In this document: positions 12,501-24,500 of the stretch, piece after piece
Position numbering within the stretch: the first letter of the stretch is position 1
Layout of the letters: each line of letters begins with the position of its first letter
DNA from: Balanoglossus misakiensis
Lineage: Eukaryota > Animalia > Hemichordata
NCBI GenBank assembly: GCA_040954595.2
Contig: CM082577.2
Coordinates: 12,371,654 to 12,435,653 of the forward strand
Length of the DNA: 64,000 bases
Reading direction: 5' to 3'
The notes under the pieces: model-generated
The model's database searches: none
Told to the model about the DNA's origin: nothing
Seen by the model: the letters and a program-made list of their open reading frames with translations, nothing else
Program-made: the position numbers and the translations under genes

Positions 12501-15500
12501 CCCCCCCCCCTGGGGAGTATTGCAGACATATATTTTTGGAAAGCCTATTTATCCAGCTGTCAGAATCAGGTTGTTTGCACTCATATTAATGGTGGGTGTG
12601 GCCGTGAGGAGCGGTTGTCATGGTAATGATAGCATAATTTTAGGGGTACTCATACAGTTAAAAAATGATATATTTCAGGATCTGAGAAAGCTAGAGAAAA
12701 AATTTAAACATTGGGTCTTATAAAGTAGGTTACGGGCTATCCAATGATTACATGACCAACAAGGTCAGAGGTCAAGTTCATCTTCAAAACGCGGGGTCAA
12801 AGTAAAAATTGCGCTATTTTTTGCATATCGATCATACATAGTTTCGATTTACTAGAAAAAGGTTTGCTCGAGGAGGCTGTAAATTGGTCATCAGGTAGCA
12901 TGGAACATTAGGTTTAAGAAAAATAAGCTGTTTCATGTCTTTGAAATTAAGTTATATTAAAATTCTGTTACCATAACGACGGATAGCAGATTTTGCGAAA
13001 ATCACAAAAATAAGAATCCTGCTATATCTTTGCTACCAATTAAGCTTTAGATAAAATTTAAACACTCAAACTTATAATGTCGGGTGCGAGCTTTTCATTG
13101 CTAACTTGAACTTTGGGGTTCAAGGTCAAGGTCATCCTCAAATTTCAGGTCAAAGTGACAAAATGGACATTATGGACTTTTGTTCAAAATGACATTTTAC
13201 GGCGAGCGTTTACTAAACACTGTTTGGATCTAGAATGCTATGATTTGATCTCCAGATAGAGATGTGTATTGTTTACAAAGATTTTAATTTATTTTGCTGT
13301 TTACATATACTTAATATGCAAAACCTGCTGTTTTAATGACAACAAAATGAATGGTAGGAATAGCAAGAGTACTCATACAGTTAAAATGAGATATTTCAGG
13401 TTCTGAGAAAGCTAGAGAAAAAATTTAAACATTCAGTATTATAAAGTAGGGTACGGGCTATCCAATGATTACATGACCGACAAGGTCAGAGGTCAAGTTC
13501 ATCTTCAAAACTTGGGGTCAAAGTGAAAATTTCGCTATTTTTTGCATATCTATCATGCATAGTTTTGATTTACTGGAAAACGGTTTGCTCGAGGAGGCTG
13601 TAAACTGGTCATCAGGTAGCAAGTTATATTAGCTTTAAGAAAAATAGGCCTATTTTCGTCTTTGGTTGTAATTTATATTAAAATTCTGTAACCATAACGA
13701 CGGGTAGAAGATTTTGCGAAATTCCCCAAAATAAGAAACTTGCTATATCTTTGCTACCAATTAAGCTTTACATAAAATTTAAAAACTCAAACATATAATG
13801 TCGGGTGCGAGCTTTTGATGGCTAAATTGAACTTTGGGGTTCAAGGTCAAGGTCATCCCCAAATTTCGGGTCAAAGTGACAAAATGGGCATTATGGACTT
13901 TGTTCAAAATGACATTTTACGGCGAGTTTACTACACTGTTTGGATCTAGAATGCTATAATTTTGTATATTTTGATATTTTAAATTTAAAGTTCAGGGTCA
14001 CCTTCAAAAGATGGGGTCAAAATTCAATATCCCAACTCTAATTAGTGTTGCAGATCTCCCCAGAAAAAAACGAACCCTCTGACTTGGCCATACAACATTT
14101 TGTGTCATACACCATTTTAAAGTTAAGTTCTGAGAGTTTGAAAATGCTTGACGACATTTTCAATTCCCATGGCGAGCTGATGAATTCAAGATTTAGTAAA
14201 ATTGGTATATTTCTTGAAATATGCGAACGTGCATTTGCAATTGCTATAAAGGGACATACATTATCAGCATGTTTTTACTGTAAAAATACTATATTCAACT
14301 TATATTGTGGCCATTCTATGGTATTTCAGTTTAAATATGTACAAAGTTTTATCATATTTAGCACATTCTTATCAAGATGATTTCTGTTGATATGACAAGT
14401 TGACGTAAGGAGTCATCTTGCCCCTCTAATCAGACGCTGCAATTGTGTGTAGAACTAAGAACAATCCTCGTATCTGCTTCTTCACTGTATCTTTTGCGAC
14501 AACAAAAGTGGTGAAGTTTGGTCCTCCACTTACAATTAATTTCTGACCAATGTTGAGATCTACTTTTTTCATTATGTGTAGCATTTTGCAAAATTTGCTT
14601 TGTTTTCTTGATTAATGGTAAGCAAGAATGCCGTCCATTTTGTCGGAGCACTTAGGTCAAGTATGATATGATGTGCTGGTGCAACACTCACATCACGTGT
14701 TTGACCTTTGATCCTTTGATCCCTTTCGCATCATAATTATCAATGATCATGTGTATTTGCGAATTATCAACAGGACCTAAAATTCAGCCTCTGTTTTACA
14801 TTATGTATTCCATAAATCCTATTGCTATATTGATAAAAGTGATTCTGTCTACAAGATTAGGACCAGGCAGAGACTGAATGGTCATCATAAACTATGGCAT
14901 CGGCAGCCTCAATGCTAGTCTATCTGTCTGCTGGAAATGAATTTTAAGTCCATCATCTGAAAACAAACAGAGAGGAACGTTGGAATTTTCAATGACTCCG
15001 ATGAGTGGCATCTTCTAACTTGTATTAACAGCAGGTAATCAAAGATAAACCGTCTTCTTCATTTTTGTCATGTTTTTACATTGCTGCAAGTCATACTATG
15101 GTAGAAGCACTTACACGGTTTGTCAGGTTCTTCTTATATAATTAGTTGCTCAGAAAAAAAACCCAGCCATTTCTTTTGATATAGTAATGTTGATAGTTGC
15201 TTAAATGAAGGTCGGAAAGATCAAATGGGTCGACAAATGCTCCACCTTGTAATTCTTAAAGCTTTGCCACATCAGTATTCCATCTCTTAATGACTGCTTT
15301 TCCATATCGGATCTTATTTTGTTTACCAATACTGCATATTTATTTGTGAAATGTATCAGAGAACTTTGCAGTAATCGGTCCACCCAAAACCACTTTTCAA
15401 GTGCTAAACCTCTCATCGTTTCGATTGGCACAAAACAACAGAGGTAATAATAGCTGATTCTTAGCAGTTTGGCAAATATCTCAATCACCATTTCTTAATG

Positions 15501-18500
15501 CACTTACATTTCTACCGGTGGGTAGAGTTTTAATGGCAGCAATACTCTACACAAAGTCATACCAAAAGTTAAAAGTTACTCCTCTCTTGTCTAAACTCAG
15601 CCATAAGCGGGAAATGATGTTCAATGATGTGTTCCACAAAATTGTGAACTATTTCCAAAAGTTCATTAGCAGGCTGGGAAGTCAAAAGATCACAATCCAT
15701 CTCAGGCATTGACTGTGTTCCCTACCTTTACACCATGATAAAAAGTTGCAGACCCTAGCGCTGGACGTTTCATCAGCAAGACGGAGGCCATGCAATGACA
15801 AATAACCGGAAAACATTTTCACATGAGCAAACGTTTTTTTTTTAAAAACGTAGCATTCATTTTGTATGATTATGAATGATTGTGATTTAAAAATATTGCT
15901 TTTGAGTATATAATGTGTCTTAAGTGCTTTACGCACAATTTCCTAAAAATCTCTGTGCCTAAAACACATATTCGATCGGGTTGTCTGGACTATTGCCGCA
16001 GTGGCATCATGGGATAACACATAAATCAGCATGACTCGCACTCCCGCGGTCGCGTTTTTTTATATAATAATATCCAGAAGTAAAAGTGGCATCTTATTTA
16101 AATATTAATATCAAAATATACAAAATTATAGCATTCTAGATCCCAACAGTGTAGTAAACGCTCGCCGTAAAATGTCATTTTGAACAAAGTCCATAATGCC
16201 CATTTTGTCACTTTGACCCGAAATTTGAGGATGACCTTAACCTTGACCCCAAAGTTCAATTTAGCAATCAAAAGCTCGCATCCGACAATATAAGTTTGAG
16301 TGTTTCAATTTTATCTAAAGTTTAATTGGTAGCAAAGATATAGCAAGTTTCTTATTTTGGGGAATTTCGCAAAATCTTCTATCCGTCGTTATGGTTACAG
16401 AATTTTAATATAAATTACAACCAAAGACGAAAATAGGCCTATTTTTCTTAAAGCTAATATTCCTTGCTACCTGATGACCAATTTACAGCCTCCTCGAGCA
16501 AACCGTTTTCCAGTAAATCAAAACTATGTATGATCGATATGCAAAAAATAGCGAAATTTTCACTTTGACCCCAAGTTTTGAAGATGAACTTGACCTCTGA
16601 CCTTGTTGGTCGTGTAATAATTGGATAGCCCGTACCCTACTTTATAATACTGAATGTTTAATTTTTTTCGCTAGCTTTCTCAGAACCTGAAATATCTCAT
16701 TTTAACTGTATGAGTACTCTTGCTATTCCTACCATTCATTTTGTTGTCATTATAACAGCTGGTTTTGCATATTAAGTATATGTAAACAGCAAAACAAATT
16801 AAAATCTTTGTAAACAATACACATCTCTATCTGGAGATCAAATCATAGCATTCTAGACCCAAACAGTGTTTAGTAAACGCTCCCCGTAAAATGTCATTTT
16901 GAACAAAAATCCATAATGTCCATTGTGTCACTTTGACCTGAAATTTGAGGATGACCTTGACCTTGAACCCCAAAGTTCAAGTTAGCAATGAAAAGCTCGC
17001 ACCCGACATTATAAGTTTGAGTGTTTAAATTTTATCTAAAGCTTAATTGGTAGCAAAGATATGGCAGGATTCTTATTTTTGTGATTTTCGCAAAATCTGC
17101 TATCCGTCGTTATGGTAACAGAATTTTAATAACTTAATATCAAAGACGTGAAACAGCTTATTTTTCTTAAACCTAATGTTCCATGCTACCTGATGACCAA
17201 TTTACAGCCTCCTCGAGCAAACCGTTTTCCAGCAAATCGAAACTATGTATGATCGATATGCAAAAAATAGCGCAATTTTTACTTTGACCCCGCGTTTTGA
17301 AGATGAACTTGACCTCTGACCTTGTCGGTCATGTAATCATTGGATAGCCCGTACCCTACTTTATAAGACCCAATGTTTAAATTTTTTCTCTAGCTTTCTC
17401 AGATCCTGAAATATATCATTTTTTAACTGTATGAGTACCCCTAAAATTATGCTATCGTTACCATGACAACCGCTCCTCACGGCCACACCCACCATTAATA
17501 TGAGTGCAAACAACCTGATTCTGACACGGGCGTCATGGAACAATAAAGTGTATGGATAATTTAGCATAGGCCTAAACGAACACACAATAAATTATTTCGT
17601 GTTTTTTTTTATGTGAACGAGAACTACACTCACGAACGGCTACAGCTGGACTTGCAAAATATGCGAGCGAACGCACTAGCGCCGCGGAACGCGGAAGTGA
17701 TGTTGCAATCTACAACCGCACGCGCCCGACCCGGCGCGCGCGCAGACGATCGTACGACTCCGTTGCTAGCCAGGACAGGCGCGTTCGTATACAGTGTATA
17801 TATGTGTACTCACGTAAGTACACAGGGCAGATCAGTTTCGGGCGCGCACGCATGCGTAGACATCGCCTTTACTGCTCAAGACGATATCGTACACACGGTG
17901 CCTATCCCCTATAGACGCGTACGCCGTACGGTGTGGTTTTGCAAATAAAGTTAACACTGACCTAGCTTTAGTGCATTTCTCGTCCACACCAAACAAACCT
18001 ATGAAATATTTTATTCTTTGTTCATTGGGGACGTCGCGTTTATGTTAATTTTATTAATATCTATACACTTTATTGTTCCATGACGCCCGTGATTCTGACA
18101 GCTGGATAAATATAGGCTTTCCAAAAATATATGTCTGCAAAATTCCCCGGGGGGGGGGGGGGGGGGAGGGTTTCGGTCTCTGGCCCATGGACTATATTGG
18201 CATTGTTGGAATTTTTCGTCTTTATTATTCCGTCTTCTTCTTCCGACATTTTCGGCCAGGTGGATCTGGAAAACCGCAGCACCTACGGGGCTGAAACTTG
18301 GCAGGGTGATAGGGGCCAATGAGTAGACGTGCAGTGGCTCGTGAATATTTAATTAGTCACGTGACCTGGCGGCCATATTGGATTTCCTGAAAATCGTTAA
18401 ATGAGTCCTTCTCCAAAACTACAGGGCCAATCGATTTCAAATTTGGTGTGCAGGTAGCCTACCTTCTGTCCATCATTTTACCCCATTGAAATCATGACGT

Positions 18501-21500
18501 CACACCTAAAGTTTTTTTGCTACAATTGTTTTTCTGAAAAACTACTTAAAACTTTAAAAATCTTCTTCTCCAGAACCAGCGATTGCCGAGTCACGGGATT
18601 TCGGGGTATGTGGTCACCTAACCTATGTCTATCAAGTTTGCGACCATGTTGGATTTTCGGAAAACCATTGAAAAATGAAAATTCCGTTTTGTAGCCAAAA
18701 TGTTGACAGCACGGAAATTCTTTTTTTGGATATGAGTCATCATATGACCGGAAGTTGTTACAATTTTTCGGGGCAATTTTCACATGACCTTTGACCCAGT
18801 TTTAAAACAACTAATTACATATGCATATTCCCCATACCTCCTCTTGTAAAAGCACCACAGTCATGAATTTTGTGAACATGGGTACCAATGCTGCCAGGAC
18901 ATGACACAAATATTTTGGTAATTTTGGCAATGACCCTTGACCTATTTCTGAAACATCATTTTTCTGCATATCTAATTCCAGGCTAAACAATAGGGCTAGA
19001 GGTCTGGTTTTAGTTGGACATGGCCCACTCTGGGGTCAAAATTTTATGCCCAAATTTTGGGTGACCTTGGATGACCTTTGATCTACTTTCCCATATCTCA
19101 GCATCCAGAGCAGTTAGAGCCCTGGCTTTTATGGGGATTGAACACATAATGGAGTCTTACACAAGACCTCATTAATTATGTGCATACCTAATTGTAGGCG
19201 AACCAATAGGGCTAGGGGTCTGGTTTTTTGTTGGATCTACAATTTGTTTGCCCAATTTTGGGGTGACCTCAGGTGACCTTTGACCTATTTTCCCATATCT
19301 TGGTATCCCCAGCAGATACAGCCTTGGCATTTGCTGGTCACCATGGGAACCGCTTGTGCCCCGCCAATGCTGCTTGCAGCTTTAATTTTCAATGTTATTG
19401 GTAAAAAGTCTTCATTTCTGAAAGTGATGGGCTTACTTCTTTGAAATTTAGTATGAAGCTTCCTAATGGTTGTCTGAGTAACCATAGTTTGGTTCAAATT
19501 GTTTCAAAATTTGCATATTTATAATTTTGAGCAATATTTGCCATATTTGGTCAAACATTTTTTTCTTTAAAACCGCATGCCAGATTGCTTTGCCATTTGG
19601 TAGGCATGTTCGTAAGGGTAACCTAAGTAATATGTTGTAAAAAAATGTGATATTTTCCTAAATGTGTTATCAGGGAAATTTTGCAATTTTTGTCAAAAAT
19701 TGTTTTCTCTGAAACTGCTTGTCATATTGCATTGAACTTTGGCAGCATGTTCCTTGTAGTGATTGAATTAAGATATTGTAAAATTTTGGTGATATTTGCA
19801 TATTTTTGTTTTTGCCACTTTTGAACAAATATTTTTTGTGAAACTGCTTGTTGGATTGCTTTGAAATTTGTTTTTTCTCTGATTGCTTTGAAATTTAGGA
19901 TATAATTTCATAACGCTTTTCATGCAACTTTTATTCAATTTTGATATCAGAAATATTCAATATTTAGCGAGTTTCTTTGATTTTGGTTAGCAAATCTTCT
20001 CCTAAACCAATTGTCCAGTTGTTTTTAAAGTTACTGTTGACAAGGAGTTGTTACCCCCAACTTAGACATGTTTACATAACTTTAATAAGCCAGCTGTTAC
20101 AGAGACCACCGGCTATTAAATTTTAATTACCAGTGGCAGGTCAGTGTGTGTCTGTCTGTCTGTATGTCTGTTCCAGGGCTGACTGAAAGAAGTTGCTTCT
20201 CATATGTGTTTGTACAGACAATTTTTGGTCAATTTTTTTTCCAGCAACACTTGTAAGACTGCCATGACACATGAGTTTATTGGGCATGTTCCTTGTTAAT
20301 TTTTTTACATTCCATATTTCTGTATCGTAAGATCATATCTGCTTGCAATGTCACCTGTAATTTTTATTCTGGTGTGTCACTGTTTCCGCATAATCCTCAA
20401 ATGGGACCACAGTGTCCTTGAAGCTATTTTTCCCTCTCTGGCCTAACATTGAATATTTTGGGTTGCACTACCTCTCCGGGTTGGTTTTTGAATGGTATGT
20501 GCCGCTCAAAATGGCGAAAAATGGGTTGGGGTAGGGGGTACTATACTCTCTCCTAAAAAAGTAAAACTAGCATGAAATTACATAAACCTTATATTTTTAG
20601 AAAGCTTAGACACTGCTCTTTACGGGAAGCACAAATTTTATTAAGAAATATTTATGAATATTTAATTATATGATTTTTAGGACCCATTTGTATAGGTATA
20701 TATACCATGGGACCTTATGGGATGGGTTGCGTCTGTATGTATGTATGGATGTATGTATGGATGGATGTATGTCTGTATGTCCGTCCACATCAAAAACTTG
20801 AAAACCGCTGCACGTATTACCTCAATATTTGGTGTGCAGGTGCAGGCAGGGCTGTAGATGGGAGTTTGTTCAAATGAAGTTGCCAGGCCCAAAAATATGC
20901 AAATTAGCTGGAAAAATGTGAATTTGGTCAAAACTCAGTAACTCAAGAACTACTGGTCAGATTGCTTTACAAAGTGGTGTGTATTTACTTAATGAGTTGT
21001 TTTAATTAGGCAGGAACCCCATCCTGTGATATTTATATACACAGCAAATTCCTGCATGATTACATAACTGGCTAAGTTTTAAAGAGGCCAGCTGTTCTTT
21101 TAAATAGTATGTGTACAGTACATATGCCATTGGCAGCTTATGGGTCAGTCAGTGTTTGCCCATTGATCTCTTGCTATGTGTGTGTGTGTGTGTGTCTGTG
21201 TCTGTCTGTATATGGCCATGTACTCTGTTGTAGACTTTTTCTTGTGTAATCACTCAATGGGACCACTGTGTCCTTGACGCGATTTTTAAATTAATTTTTT
21301 CGGCAATTTTGAAAGTTTTCACTCAAAAGACAATGTAACAATTGTTATTTTCTTTTTGTGAAGCTAATTTTTGACAACTTTTTAGGTTTGGATTATTTAA
21401 TTCTACCGTTGTTGCATGGGTAAGAGCCCCTGTGCGGGCAAACCACTCAAAAATTACGGTAGAGAAGGGCATGATTTCCACGATGCCGATGCATCATTTT

Positions 21501-24500
21501 GTTCAGAAAACTACACATAAAGATAGATGTATTTACGTGCGTCCGTCGACGTCTAAGTAATGCATGGGTACGGGTGGGATCGACCATTTACCTGAATGTC
21601 CCGGTTAAACGGGATGTTTTGTCTGCGCCCATGGTGTCCCGATTAAACGGCGGCGACTATAATATGTTTTCTGTATTTGATTTATGGGAAAAAAACATTT
21701 TATTGTTTAGTAAAGTACATTGTTTTACCGTGAAATGTTTTGCCATGACATGTTATTTGCATCATTATTCACCCCTTCCTCGTGTCCCTAGGCTTTTCAT
21801 TTGCATAAAAGTCGAGGTGGTGTCCTGGCAAACGCCCCCTTGTTTTTTTCATTAATTTGGGGGCGCAGCACCCGGGGCTCTTACCCGAGCAACTACGGTA
21901 TATATTAAACAAGAAAACAAATGTTAACATTAGTTATATAACAATACAATACTTCTTTAGAGACAACTTTGAAATGCATGTATCCTATGGGATTACGCAT
22001 GGTCTTGGGGTAGGGGGTACTATATCCTCTCCTACAACAATAAAACTAGCTTCATAGTACATAAACCTTATATCTTTAGAAAGCTTAGACACTGCTCTTT
22101 ACTTAATGTTCTAGGACAATATTACACCACAGTCATGATGGCGCTTGATCACAATCATGAGTCCCATGGTCTAGCCATCATGAGTCCGATGCTATCAATG
22201 AAAATCACAGGGTCATTAGTGGATTGTCAGGAAGCCTACTTAATATCAATATTATATTTGTACTTTCAGGAAGGATTTACTGCCTTATATTATGCAGCAG
22301 CAGGGTGTCATGTTGAGGTAGCCAAGATCTTACTTGACTATAAACCGGAACAGCTACATCGCGAAAATATGGTAAAAATTGTTGCAATCTTCCCACTACC
22401 ATTTACTCTTCTTAGTAGTTTTCCTTAGTATGGTTAAAATAACATGATTTGACTGAACAGGGGTCGTGTGTTTGAAACGTGACAACGTGTGTTTTCAACC
22501 AACAGACAACGATGTTACACTGGGCCATTGAAAACTATGAAGATACTGTGGCAGAAACTCTCGTCAAGGCTGGACAGGATATAAATGGAGTTGTTCTGCA
22601 TTTGGATAAGGTATGTGTAATTGTGGGGATAATAATTATGCAAAAAGCTGTGACACATGTCATTAGAGAGGTTTAGTTACACGTAAATACGCGTACGTCT
22701 GACGGCAGGCAGTGGCGTTCGCGTATGTTTAGTGACGCATGAATTTTGCGGTTTAGTTGTCCGTTTTGAATAACAAAAATATTTAAAAACAATAGAAAAT
22801 TCAAATATTTTTCACTTATATAAATTTTGTGTGTGATGAATATTCTCTAAGATCACCACCTTTGCAATAAATTTCTTGACTGCAGTGGAAAGATAGTTTA
22901 GTGAAGTTTTCCGATGTCTTTGTCGAGGAGTCCACTGAAAACGTAGTTTGGGAATAAATTTTTGTGTTTATGTTTTGAAAACACCAAATGGCGCCGGTTT
23001 TAGCACATATGGCAGAATATTTTTAGATAACATGGATGCTGGCTACATCACAATTGCACTTCAGAGATCAATCGCTCAAATTAAAGAGAGAATATCGAGA
23101 AATTCCGAAAAATATTACACGTAATCATGATTAAGCGTAGAAGTGGTTTGCCGTTCCGAACGTCTGCTCTACACGTACGCGACGTCTGCTTATCACGTGA
23201 CAACGACGCTACGCGTACTGATCGAACGTATTTACGTGTAACTAAGGTGGTGTGTGTCACGCGCAAAGCACCATGGGAGGTCCAACATGAGTAAGCGTTC
23301 ATTTGACTTCTGGCTGGCCTCGAGTACACACGTCAGCAGTGTCTGGACGATCACTTTCTTTGAACCTTTTACGTAGGATATTTTCGATTTTTGTGACACC
23401 GGACATTTAGTTGTGCACAGATTGGTACCAAGTTCGTTCTCTGTGATATTTTCGGCTCGCTTGACGTTTTTAACCGTCTATTCAGATCGATGTACTGGCC
23501 GCGGGGCTATGCGCATACGCCAACGGGGCGTAGCTGCATGATGGCCGCCGAGCGTGAAAAGCTTTACCGTAGGCCAACATACCGTTGCAGCTTTTCGATG
23601 CGTTCTATTACAGCTCAGTTTTCTTCTCAAATATGTACAGTATTTTTTTAAACCCCACTCCAAAACGCAAACAAACGAAAACCAGAAGACTTTTTTTTAT
23701 TTTACGCACAATGAGTACAAGAAACCTACATGCATATCTGTAAATATGTGGTTAGTTACGCAAGTCAAACAGCGCACATCCTTAACTACCACATAAAAAA
23801 TCCTATGTAAGTGCTTGAAAGAAAATTTTACTGCCACTGGAATGGTACCGAAGCGAGCGTTATGTCTTTGGTCTTTTTCAGGAACGTGTTGACTGTAATA
23901 GGGTTATTCTAAAATTTAGTATTACAGTAAGTTGCGATCACCACGGCCTTCACATACGGATATGGGATTGGGATGTGTTAGGCGCCTATGAGATAGTACA
24001 GTTTCTAAATACGGTGAAATCGATAAAATGAAAGGGGCGCTTTGGGGCTCCCATGCAATTTCACACACATTACATATTAGTCTTTCAAAATATACACATA
24101 ACAAAGCTGTGCGCTCGCTGTTTAGTCAGCCTGCGAACTTCAAACTACGTCACCCGAGTACGATCGTTGGCAACAGTACGCCATGATGCCAGCTGACATA
24201 CAGAGTGAAAAAATACCAAAAAATTGCAACTCGGAACAAAATCGATAGTACTTTCCTCACAGAACGATGCTAACATACATGAACTTATAAAAATTCGATT
24301 GGTTTTTCGTTCGAACGGAGTTTCCTTTACATAACCTACGAGAACATAAGTTGATTGTGCACAGAAAGCTACACGCGTGACACTGCTAGGTCGACCATAT
24401 TTTGCTGACTAAGAGCGGGTTAAACCGGAAGTGACGTCGTTACACTCACCACCTTCGTGTAACTAAACCTCTCTATTGTGTTGCCTTGGTTGCTTTGTGT

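Larger units (their letters stand above)
12466..18194. mobile_element. Academ-like foldback transposon, 5.7 kb
   Basis: TAGTCCATGGGCC...GGCCCATGGACTA termini, TSD tat (12463-65 and 18195-97). Inverted arms of about 1.5 kb, each with two copies of a roughly 720-bp unit. Confidence 0.75.
12431..19383 (+). mobile_element. HINE family B, split by Academ-like element
   Basis: 5' ttaggggcacaagc with IR gcttgtgccccta; 3' subTIR gcttgtgcccc plus hairpin gctgcttgcagc plus ttt; inserted in a T-rich site. Confidence 0.78.
12037..20431 (+). mobile_element. HINE family A long form, split by HINE B
   Basis: 12037-12430 plus 19384-20431 are collinear with 4879-6302. Confidence 0.8.
11691..20443. mobile_element. 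GGCC-terminal MITE (PIF/Harbinger- or Zator-like), expanded by nested insertions
   Basis: tta|ggccag ... ctggcc|taa interrupting family C at gatgtta/acattg. Its own sequence is only about 360 bp. Confidence 0.55.
11579..22102 (+). mobile_element. TAGTC-terminal (Academ-like) element family C, copy 1, 3'-truncated, host of nested insertions
   Basis: Pieces 11579-11687, 20444-20676, 21286-21405 and 21901-22102 reassemble collinearly with the copy starting at 27916. Confidence 0.7.

Noticed and set aside
4209-21000. Recurrent short ORFs such as MTxFxFxQLICIFLAMTTSFEQTPIYSPA (4413, 4695, 11960, 20677, also 44219, 45576) as a small gene family
   Set aside because: They are antisense readings of HINE A and run into its microsatellite, so they are not coding.
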